Positions 11,426 through 18,936 of a stretch of DNA of 64,000 bases are shown in pieces. Source of the DNA: an uncultured Candidatus Saccharibacteria bacterium (GTDB lineage Bacteria; Patescibacteriota; Minisyncoccia; Phycocordibacterales; JAKAEA01). The notes under the pieces are model-generated. The model ran no database searches. It was not told where the DNA came from and saw only the letters and a list, made by a program, of their open reading frames with translations. The position numbers were made by a program, and so were the translations under genes. The first letter of the stretch is position 1. Each line of letters begins with the position of its first letter. The stretch lies in the NCBI GenBank assembly GCA_964532205.1, contig CAZHGQ010000001.1, forward strand, positions 49,962 through 113,961, read 5' to 3'.

Positions 11426-11761
11426 GTAATACTCCTTTCTGAAGTTGTTTGGAACCTCTTATGAAGCTCATCTTACTTCTGACTTAATAATCTTAAATTT
11501 AAATTTGATGTAAATTTGCGACAGGTAATATCTAACATATTAACTAAATGTCAAAAAGTAATTATTGTGCTGACACTAAAAAATACTAAGACAAAAGAGG
11601 TTTTTTGATATTTGTCGTAGATATTAGACACAGAAATAAATTTATTTTATTATCTCTGTAATTCTGATTTAAGTTATTGACAGTAGATATTAAACTCTGG
11701 CTGTAACTTGACAAAAGCATAAATCCATTTAGTATTGTAATCAGTTTTTCTTGGAGGAAAT

Positions 11762-12805
11762 ATGGGTTCTTTTGAAACGTCTGCGCGTCAGCATAATGTA
11801 GCCTGGCTTACCCTGAATCGATCGTGCAACTTTCGTTGTCCGTGGTGCTATGCTCAAGGTACTGGTTTTGATCCAAAAAAGAGTCTGACCTACGACTTTG
11901 CTGTCATACTACTCAACATCATTACCGCTCTGCGCGTTAAGCTGATCATTTTGATCGGCGGTGAGCCAACGTTGTGGCCAGATTTGATTTTGTTCAATCG
12001 ACTGCTTAAGACTAAAGACATTCAAAGTGTCATTGTGACCAATGCGTACCGTTTTGGTAACAATACGTTTTGGACGGCCTACAACGAAGTTCCAAATGAC
12101 GGGGTCAATATATCACTCAAAGCCTGGGATGCCGCAAGTATGAAGTCGATCATTGGTAATGCCGACTTTGAAATACTCAAACGCGGCATTAGCCGAGGAC
12201 TCGAGTATTCCGGCGGCTCACTAAGCTTTGTAGTTTCAGAACAGTGTCTAGATCATCTTGTAGAAATGGCAGGGCTGGCAAAAAGCCTAGGCGCTCAGCG
12301 CTTAAATTTAACGATGTGTGAGCCATATATCGTTAATGGTGAGACTGAGGCTCAGGGTCTGGTTTCCACACAACGACTCAATGAGCGCTTTGTTCCTGCA
12401 TTCGCCCATGTACGCAAGCTTATGCATGAAAATGTCTCAGTCTCACTAAAAACACCCCTGTGCTTGTGGCCGAGAGACTTTCTGCAGGGTCTGATTGATC
12501 GCAAACAGCTTGTCACCGGCTGTCAGCTTCAACATCGCTCTGGTCTAATCTTTGATTACGACGGCGCTGTCTCAGTTTGCAATGGCCTCACCGACTATCC
12601 AGTCGCTAGGTACGAAACAGACTACCAGTCAGCCCCAGAACTTCAACGTAAACTTGAGTCTGAAGAAGTGGTACAATTGTACGATACAATGACGTCATAT
12701 CCGAGTACGCGTTGTAACGGATGCCCAATGTGGGAGAACTGTGGTGGTGGCTGCCCACTGTTCTGGACGTTGTATAAGCCAGAAGAGGTCATCCCTGGTT
12801 GGTGA
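11762..12805 (+). CDS. radical SAM / SPASM-domain peptide-modifying enzyme (anSME-like maturase)
   Basis: CNFRCPWCY = CxxxCxxC radical SAM cluster at residues 22-29. C-terminal CNGCPMWENCGGGCPLF = CX2CX5CX3C SPASM signature. GGAGGA SD precedes the ATG. Confidence 0.85.
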   Translation: MGSFETSARQHNVAWLTLNRSCNFRCPWCYAQGTGFDPKKSLTYDFAVILLNIITALRVKLIILIGGEPTLWPDLILFNRLLKTKDIQSVIVTNAYRFGNNTFWTAYNEVPNDGVNISLKAWDAASMKSIIGNADFEILKRGISRGLEYSGGSLSFVVSEQCLDHLVEMAGLAKSLGAQRLNLTMCEPYIVNGETEAQGLVSTQRLNERFVPAFAHVRKLMHENVSVSLKTPLCLWPRDFLQGLIDRKQLVTGCQLQHRSGLIFDYDGAVSVCNGLTDYPVARYETDYQSAPELQRKLESEEVVQLYDTMTSYPSTRCNGCPMWENCGGGCPLFWTLYKPEEVIPGW

Positions 12806-12822
12806 CCAGAAAGTGAGATGTC

Positions 12823-12993
12823 GTGAAAGGCATCAAACAACTTCTTAGAGTAACCGGACAGAAGGCGCCCCCAATCAAGGGGTTCCGGTCACAACCGCCA
12901 TCAACCAAAGCAGCAGGCTCAAAACAGCTGAACCTGGTTGACGGCAAGTGCCAGTGCGCTGACTGCGACTGCATCGACGAATGTCGAGATTAG
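12823..12993 (+). CDS. candidate RiPP precursor peptide, Cys-rich C-terminus (56 aa, GTG start uncertain)
   Basis: Only long frame between the rSAM stop and the downstream terminator: VKGIKQLLRVTGQKAPPIKGFRSQPPSTKAAGSKQLNLVDGKCQCADCDCIDECRD. Five Cys in the last 14 residues. Followed by its own terminator. Not in the ORF track (under 60 aa). Confidence 0.45.
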   Translation: MKGIKQLLRVTGQKAPPIKGFRSQPPSTKAAGSKQLNLVDGKCQCADCDCIDECRD

Positions 12994-12999
12994 TCGTCA

Positions 13000-13040
13000 A
13001 GCCCTGATTGTAGTATAATCACTGCAATTAGGGCTTTTTC
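13000..13040 (+). terminator. rho-independent terminator after the Cys-rich peptide ORF
   Basis: AGCCCTGATTG-N14-CAATTAGGGCT (10/11 bp stem) followed by TTTTT. A TATAAT inside the loop may also serve the next gene. Confidence 0.5.
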
Positions 13041-13042
13041 AT

Positions 13043-13651
13043 ATGAAATTCAACTACCACTTCTCAGAAGAGTTGGAACAAGAGCGAGTCGAGTATACCC
13101 GTAGCAAGCTTGATTTTTATACTCAAAATGGCTACCCAGTACACCTGCCACAAACCACGATTGAAGCTGAGTGGTCTGTTGATATATATGAACAGGCCAT
13201 AGCAACTATTTCAACCATCATTGATTCATACAGTCATACATTCCATGCCGGTGCCTTGGCAGCGCACCTTACTCTGTCAGATGAATACAATATTCAACTC
13301 ACACGCTACGGTGTGGGAGGGAGTTACAATCAGCCAAATACGGTTATCATCAATATTTTAAAAAAATCAGGCGAAACCAAAGGCCCACAATCACTTATAG
13401 AAAGTATTTTTCATGAAATAACTCATCTCATCATTGAGATGCAAATTCAAAAATATAATATTTCACACTGGGATAAAGAAATCATTGTTAATCTATTACT
13501 AGCAAAATTGATTCCTGAATTTGCACCTCGTATTGAGCAGAATAAATCTTCCGCTAAAGAACAGATCTGTAATCTTTTTGAAACGTTATATCCGGATGTG
13601 GAGGGGATTATCGCTGGGGTCGGGGAGGGGTATAGAGAAAAGATAAGTTGA
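13043..13651 (+). CDS. hypothetical protein with HExxH motif (possible zinc metallopeptidase)
   Basis: 202 aa with FHEITHLIIEM (HExxH); no other recognisable domain. Confidence 0.45.
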   Translation: MKFNYHFSEELEQERVEYTRSKLDFYTQNGYPVHLPQTTIEAEWSVDIYEQAIATISTIIDSYSHTFHAGALAAHLTLSDEYNIQLTRYGVGGSYNQPNTVIINILKKSGETKGPQSLIESIFHEITHLIIEMQIQKYNISHWDKEIIVNLLLAKLIPEFAPRIEQNKSSAKEQICNLFETLYPDVEGIIAGVGEGYREKIS

Positions 13652-13736
13652 CAAACCCATAAAAATAAGTTACATTAAAACCAGAAAGCCCTATTGTGTT
13701 GTAGGGTCAAGTCTCTTCTAAAAAAGGAGGTGGGGC

Positions 13737-14438
13737 ATGAATCCCACACGCATACGTTTGGTTTTGGCTCTGGTATTTGTGTTATGTACCAAAGCCTCGT
13801 ACGGTGGATCGTTCAGCATCCATACGTTTACCACAGAATCGGGCACGGGCCTGGATTCGCGCTTGTCATACACTCACTTGGTGGACACCACCATTGAGGA
13901 AATGACACCAGACAAGCTGGCGACCATCAATGGCGTGCATTTTACCCAGGGCCTTGAGCGCTGCGGTACGAATTACACAGTCAGTGGTCAGGCTGGCGGC
14001 ACGTACAACGCTTACGATGTCAACACTGGCATCTACAAGCTTCTGTACGACTACCTGTTCGATGATGAGAGTCCAACACTGCTCATCAATCTGACGGGTT
14101 TGACGCCCGGCACGGCGTACGACCTGCGCTTGTATAACGGCGGCATCTACCCGTACATCCACAAGAAGTACAAGGTAGAAGTCACTAATGGTGGTATGAC
14201 CGACAGCCTGATCGACTACGATCAATTGGCCTACGGCATGCACTATCTGCAGTACGAGTACACGGCCGAATCTAGCGCATTGGCTATTTCCATTACGCGG
14301 ACTGAGAATGCCAATGCCACTGAGATCAAGTACATGCTGGCCGGTTTCACCAATTCGGTGGTACCAGCGGCGGTTCCGGAGCCAAGCTGTTTGATGTGCG
14401 GCATCGTGATCATGACGATCATGGGTCGAAAACGCTGA
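13737..14438 (+). CDS. secreted protein with C-terminal PEP-CTERM-type sorting signal
   Basis: N-terminal signal peptide MNPTRIRLVLALVFVLCTKASYGG. C-terminus AVPEPSCLMCGIVIMTIMGRKR-stop has a VPEP motif, hydrophobic helix and basic RKR tail. Strong SD AAAAAGGAGGTG. Clearly higher GC than its neighbours. Confidence 0.65.
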   Translation: MNPTRIRLVLALVFVLCTKASYGGSFSIHTFTTESGTGLDSRLSYTHLVDTTIEEMTPDKLATINGVHFTQGLERCGTNYTVSGQAGGTYNAYDVNTGIYKLLYDYLFDDESPTLLINLTGLTPGTAYDLRLYNGGIYPYIHKKYKVEVTNGGMTDSLIDYDQLAYGMHYLQYEYTAESSALAISITRTENANATEIKYMLAGFTNSVVPAAVPEPSCLMCGIVIMTIMGRKR

Positions 14439-14464
14439 ACCACATTTTGTGCTCTAAGAAAAAA

Positions 14465-14491
14465 GGCGACATGACGTCGCCTTTTCTTTTT
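14465..14491. terminator. bidirectional rho-independent terminator
   Basis: GGCGAC-atga-CGTCGCC hairpin flanked by A-run and TTTTCTTTTT. Confidence 0.65.
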
Positions 14492-14516
14492 GTCTGATTT
14501 TTTGTACTATTGCCGT

Positions 14517-15497
14517 ATGTCATCAACTAAGATCATGGTGTCGGGAGTAAAGCCGACTGGCCGACCACACATCGGCAACTATTTCGGCGCAATGCGTCAA
14601 TTTGTTGAATTGGCTAAGAGTCACAAAAGCTACGTCTTTGTGGCCGATTTACATGCTTTGAACACGGTTCAGAATAAGGAGCAGATGCAGCAAAATATTA
14701 TTGACGTGACCTTGGATTACTTGGCTATCGGCCTTGATCCAAAAAATACTGTACTATTCAAACAATCAGACGTACCGGCTCACACTGAACTGACTTGGAT
14801 TTTTAATACCTTAGCAACCATGCCGTACTTGATGCGGGCTCACGCTTTTAAGGATGCTGAGGCTAAAAATAAGGAAATTAATGTTGGCACCTTTGATTAC
14901 CCAATGCTCATGGCTGCCGATATTTTATTGTACAGTCCCGATGTAGTACCTGTCGGCCAAGATCAAAAGCAGCATGTGGAAATTGCTCGCGACATGGCTC
15001 GCAAATTCAATCAAACATACGGCGAGACATTTAAGGAACCAAAAGAATATATTGTCGAGAACGTGAAAGTCGTGCCTGGCACTGACGGTCAGAAAATGTC
15101 AAAGAGTTATAACAACACAATTCCATTATTTGCCACAGACGAAGAAATCAAGAAAGCAGTTATGAGTATCCCGACTGATTCAAAGGGGATTGATGAGTCA
15201 AAAAATCCTGATGAAGACAAAATTTTTGCCCTGCACCAACTTTTTGCTTCAGCTGATGAGGTGGCTGACATTCGGGCTCGTTACGAGAAAGGTGGCTTGG
15301 GCTATAAGGAATCAAAAGAGATTTTGATCAAAAACATCTCAACGTTTATTACGCCAATACGCGAAAAGCGTGAGGCTTTAGCTAAAAATCCTCAGGCAAT
15401 TTTAGATATCCTCAAAGCTGGTGGGGAACAGGCTCGAGCCGTTGCCCAGACCAAATTGGCCGAGGTGCGAGATAAGATTGGTATTGCTCTTTATTAA
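14517..15497 (+). CDS. trpS: tryptophan--tRNA ligase
   Basis: Class I HIGH-like PTGRPHIGNYFGA and KMSKS (KMSKSYNN); about 330 aa. ATG at 14517 preferred over the track's TTG at 14490, which lies inside the terminator. Confidence 0.9.
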   Translation: MSSTKIMVSGVKPTGRPHIGNYFGAMRQFVELAKSHKSYVFVADLHALNTVQNKEQMQQNIIDVTLDYLAIGLDPKNTVLFKQSDVPAHTELTWIFNTLATMPYLMRAHAFKDAEAKNKEINVGTFDYPMLMAADILLYSPDVVPVGQDQKQHVEIARDMARKFNQTYGETFKEPKEYIVENVKVVPGTDGQKMSKSYNNTIPLFATDEEIKKAVMSIPTDSKGIDESKNPDEDKIFALHQLFASADEVADIRARYEKGGLGYKESKEILIKNISTFITPIREKREALAKNPQAILDILKAGGEQARAVAQTKLAEVRDKIGIALY

Positions 15498-15521
15498 GGT
15501 GATCCTTGCAATCACCATGTG

Positions 15522-15552
15522 CCCGGCCACAATTTTGTTGGCCGGGTTTTTT
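15522..15552 (+). terminator. trpS rho-independent terminator
   Basis: CCCGGCCA-N8-TGGCCGGG followed by TTTTTT. Confidence 0.75.
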
Positions 15553-15554
15553 AC

Positions 15555-15724
15555 TTGACAAAATCTAAAAGGGTAGTATCCTATTGTCCAGAACCCTGTA
15601 CAGCTGGTGGCTTTCCCTCGGTGGTCGCCCCCCCCCTCGACTGCCACGCCACCAGCTTTTATTTTGATCCCCACCCCCCCCCTGAGCCCTGACTGTTTTC
15701 CCCGCAGTCAGGGCCTTTTTATTT
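15555..15724 (+). ncRNA. candidate small RNA unit with its own promoter, two terminator-like stem-loops and two C9 homopolymer tracts
   Basis: TTGACA(15555-15560)-16nt-TATCCT promoter-like. SL1 CAGCTGGTGGC...GCCACCAGC + TTTTATTTT with C9 (15628-15636) in its loop. C9 (15674-15682) between the stem-loops. SL2 GCCCTGACTG-N9-CAGTCAGGGC + CTTTTTATTT. No ORF. Confidence 0.3.
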
Positions 15725-15896
15725 GACGAATATATAATTATATTGAGTAACACTTATATCTGTTTGACTCTATACGGAGAAAAGATTACTATAATATCAG
15801 AACAGAGCGAGATTCGGTGATTGGGTTGTCGGGTCTGAGGTTTCTACCTCAGATCCACAACCCAAAACCACCTTATAATGCAAAGTTCTTTCACGA

Positions 15897-15940
15897 GTAC
15901 CCACTAAATTCTTCTGAATTTGTTGGGTACTTTTTTTATT
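15897..15940 (+). terminator. rho-independent terminator closing a second short transcription unit upstream of the T-box leader
   Basis: GTACCCA-N20-TGGGTAC followed by TTTTTTTATTT. Upstream TTGACT(15764)-17nt-TACTATAAT promoter-like element. Confidence 0.5.
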
Positions 15941-15944
15941 TGCA

Positions 15945-16141
15945 AAAAACCCAGTTTGGACTATACTAATGACAAACCATTAAGCCGCCAACAACGGCGA
16001 GGTGAGGAAAGAACACCGCAAGGCTAGTAGACTCCTCCGGCTGGCTCCGTCAAGCTTTAATTAAGATACAACCAGGGTGGCACCGCGACATAAAAATCGC
16101 CCCTGCGGATTTATTAAGTAATAAATTCGGAGGAGCGATTT
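15945..16141 (+). promoter_or_regulatory. T-box riboswitch leader of the asnS/aspS-like gene (5' boundary uncertain)
   Basis: Conserved T-box core AGGGTGGCACCGCG at 16074-16087. Downstream segment AATCGCCCCTGCGGATT can pair with the SD region TCGGAGGAGCGATT (16126-16139), suggesting SD sequestration rather than a strong terminator. Confidence 0.5.
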
Positions 16142-17512
16142 TTGTTTTCTCCGATAGTATCTATGACAAGAATTAACATCAGTGATCTTAAAGATCACAT
16201 CTCTCAGGAAGTTTTGGTTCAAGGCTGGGTAGATATCCGCCGCGACCAGGGTAAAATGGTCTTTTTCGAGTTCCGTGATCGCACCGGTATCATTCAAGGT
16301 GTGGTTTTACCGAATAATAAGGAAGCCTTGGAAATTTCCAAAGAAATCCGTTCAGAGTGGGTTGTGTCAGTTGAAGCTATTGTGAATAAGCGACCGGAGA
16401 AAAATGTACAAGCCGATAAAGCCAATGGTGATATTGAGCTTGAAATCAAAGCAGTTACTGTTTTGAGTAAGGCTAAAGAGTTGCCATTTGAAAAGGATGC
16501 CGAACTCAATCTCGATACCTATCTCGACTCACTGCCATACACCTTGCGTAATCCGAAAAAGCGGGCCATCTTCAACATTCAGGCGGTGATTATGCGTGGC
16601 TACCGGGAATTCCTCAATAGCCAAGGCTTCACCGAGTTCAATGCACCAAAATTGATCGGTGATGACGCAGAGGGTAGTGGTGAAGTCTTTAAAGTGCCAT
16701 ATTTCTATGGTAAAACTGCTCACTTAGCTACCTCGCCACAACTCTATAAACAGATTATGGTCGGCGTCTTTGAACGTGTCTTTGCTATCGGCAACGTCTT
16801 CCGTGCCGAGAAACACTCCACCTCACGCCATATCAATGAATACACTAGCATGGACTTGGAAATGGGTTTCATTGAAAGTCACCACGATATCATGAATATG
16901 GAAACAGAGCTCTTGCGCTATATCACCAATGAATTGCGTCAAGAAGTCTCAGCAGAATTTGCTTTACTTAATGCTGAAATCCCGACAGTACCGGAAAAAA
17001 TTCCATTCATGAAATTGCGAGAGGCTCAGGAATTAATTTACAAAGAAACCGGCAAGGACAAGCGAACTGAACCAGATCTCGAACCTGAAGATGAACGTTG
17101 GCTCTGTGAATGGTCAAAGAAAACTCATAACTCTGACTTTATATTTATCACGCACTATCCGGTTTCAAAGCGGCCAATGTATACCTATGAGGATGAAAAT
17201 GATAAAGGTTTTACCAAAAGTTTTGACTTACTCTTCCGTGGTTTGGAAATCACTACCGGTGGCCAGCGCGTTCATGATTACGACCTCTTAATTGAAAAAA
17301 TTAAGGCCAAGGGTTTGGATCCGGAAAAATTTGCTTTCTATTTACAAGCCTTCAAATATGGCATGCCACCACACGGTGGCTTGGGTATGGGCCTCGAGCG
17401 ACTTACGGCCAAAATGCTCGGGCTTGATAATGTTAAAGAAGCAACATTGTTTCCACGAGATATTAATCGTATTGACTTGTTACTGTCAGATACAACTAAA
17501 GAGGAGAAATAA
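16142..17512 (+). CDS. class IIb aminoacyl-tRNA synthetase, asparaginyl- (or archaeal-type aspartyl-) tRNA synthetase
   Basis: OB-fold N-terminus, motif 2 FRAEKHSTSRHINEYTSMDLEM, motif 3 GMPPHGGLGMGLERL (the GLERL form favours AsnRS). Start TTG 16142 with SD GGAGGAG, or ATG 16163. Confidence 0.85.
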   Translation: MFSPIVSMTRINISDLKDHISQEVLVQGWVDIRRDQGKMVFFEFRDRTGIIQGVVLPNNKEALEISKEIRSEWVVSVEAIVNKRPEKNVQADKANGDIELEIKAVTVLSKAKELPFEKDAELNLDTYLDSLPYTLRNPKKRAIFNIQAVIMRGYREFLNSQGFTEFNAPKLIGDDAEGSGEVFKVPYFYGKTAHLATSPQLYKQIMVGVFERVFAIGNVFRAEKHSTSRHINEYTSMDLEMGFIESHHDIMNMETELLRYITNELRQEVSAEFALLNAEIPTVPEKIPFMKLREAQELIYKETGKDKRTEPDLEPEDERWLCEWSKKTHNSDFIFITHYPVSKRPMYTYEDENDKGFTKSFDLLFRGLEITTGGQRVHDYDLLIEKIKAKGLDPEKFAFYLQAFKYGMPPHGGLGMGLERLTAKMLGLDNVKEATLFPRDINRIDLLLSDTTKEEK

Positions 17513-17517
17513 AAAAA

Positions 17518-17546
17518 CCGCCGAGACGTACGTCTCGGCGGTTTTG
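17518..17546. terminator. bidirectional rho-independent terminator
   Basis: AAAAAAACCGCCGAGACG-ta-CGTCTCGGCGGTTTT. Confidence 0.75.
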
Positions 17547-17556
17547 GTAAAGGACT

Positions 17557-18057
17557 CTACTCGGACTGAATGTCAGCGTGTGACCACAGCAACCGTGGCG
17601 GTAATGCGGCGCGCTCATCATCGCTCATGGTTCCCACAATGTCGCGAACATCTTCATCCTGCGGCCAAAACATAATAGCCAAGCCGTTGAATTCGGGACA
17701 GGTGACAAAGACAACAAAGTCTTCGGGGAATTCGGGTTGGGCGCGCCGATTAATCTGGCCAGTCAAACCATACCCCTTGAGAACTTCGACCGCCTGTTCA
17801 GCTGCTGCACGGCGATTAAACACCTTGAGTGCAATCACAGCCACGTGATGACCGAGTGTCTGCTGCATCTTTTTCGAGCAGTAGTTGATGATCACTTCCG
17901 AGGCCATGGGATCGTAGTGAAAGCGGCTGGCGGAGTCACTCTCGCTCTTTCGAGTCGGAATGATTTCTTGATCACTGACCGCGGCAATCACCGCGGTTAG
18001 TGCATCGCGAGTTTTCTTGTCCGGAAGCACCATGATAAAATTCATACCTGGTTTCAT
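17557..18057 (-). CDS. hypothetical protein (GC-rich relative to neighbours)
   Basis: 166 aa, strong SD (AAGGAG 6 nt before ATG), terminator downstream; no recognisable motif. Confidence 0.5.
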   Translation of the reverse strand: MKPGMNFIMVLPDKKTRDALTAVIAAVSDQEIIPTRKSESDSASRFHYDPMASEVIINYCSKKMQQTLGHHVAVIALKVFNRRAAAEQAVEVLKGYGLTGQINRRAQPEFPEDFVVFVTCPEFNGLAIMFWPQDEDVRDIVGTMSDDERAALPPRLLWSHADIQSE

Positions 18058-18173
18058 TCGTTCTCCTTGCCCAATGGGCTGTAAAATTCTGCTAGAATTA
18101 TATCACAATAAATAGTATCATGTCAATAGTTAGAAAGCGGCTAAAACAGGGGATTTTTGCTATACTAGCCTAA

Positions 18174-18917
18174 ATGAGTCAGTTTACGGTAAAACATAGC
18201 AGCTTTGAGGGCCCACTCGACCTCCTTCTGAATCTCATCGAAAAACGCAAGCTGTTTATCAATGACATTTCGCTTTCTAAAGTTGCGGATGATTATATCG
18301 CGCACGTCAATCAACTAGGTCATTTTCCGGTAGCTGAAAGTGCGCAATTCATTTTGATTGCTTCAACATTGTTGTTGATCAAATCAAAATCATTGTTACC
18401 GACACTTGATCTCACCAGTGAAGAACAAGCCAATATTCAGGACTTGGAACAGCGTTTGAAACTCTATCAACGCATAAAAGAATTAAGTGGCCATGTGCGG
18501 GACAGATTTGGTAAGGACATTATTTTTGAAAAAAACTCTCATCAGATTACACCCATTTTCTCACCGGACGCTTCAATGACTGTGCCGAGTTTAGCTAAAG
18601 CAATTCATGATTTGCTTCAGAACTTGCCAAAACAAGAAGTCATACCGAAAGCGGTCATTAAAAAAGTTATTTCGCTTGAGGATATGATTGTGAACCTGAC
18701 GCATCGCATTAAAAGCAATTTAAAAATGTCATTCCGCGAATTCGCTCGCATGGGTAAAGAGGAAAAGGTCAATGTCATTGTCAGTTTCTTGGCCATGCTG
18801 GAATTGGTTAAACAGGGCGTGATTTTAGTTAAACAGGAAGGTGAATTTTCGGATATTGAAATGGAAACCAAAAATATTGGTGTACCACACTATTATCCGG
18901 ATAGCCATATACAATAA
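18174..18917 (+). CDS. scpA: segregation and condensation protein A
   Basis: N-terminal FEGPLDLLLNLIEKRKLFINDISLSKVADDY typical of ScpA; followed by scpB. Confidence 0.85.
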   Translation: MSQFTVKHSSFEGPLDLLLNLIEKRKLFINDISLSKVADDYIAHVNQLGHFPVAESAQFILIASTLLLIKSKSLLPTLDLTSEEQANIQDLEQRLKLYQRIKELSGHVRDRFGKDIIFEKNSHQITPIFSPDASMTVPSLAKAIHDLLQNLPKQEVIPKAVIKKVISLEDMIVNLTHRIKSNLKMSFREFARMGKEEKVNVIVSFLAMLELVKQGVILVKQEGEFSDIEMETKNIGVPHYYPDSHIQ

Positions 18918-18936
18918 CCGTGTATAATAAATAAGT

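Noticed and set aside
11201-11464. Listed plus-strand 87-aa ORF
   Set aside because: W/C/F-rich composition with no SD; the antisense 58-aa ORF with a consensus SD is the better model.
12643-12974. Minus-strand ORFs 12643-12840 and 12789-12974
   Set aside because: They are antisense to the rSAM 3' end and to the Cys-rich peptide frame; neither has an RBS.
13694-14443. ORFs overlapping the PEP-CTERM gene (13694-13897 plus, 13866-14243 minus, 14243-14443 minus)
   Set aside because: Alternative frames in a GC-rich gene; the main frame has a signal peptide, SD and sorting tail.
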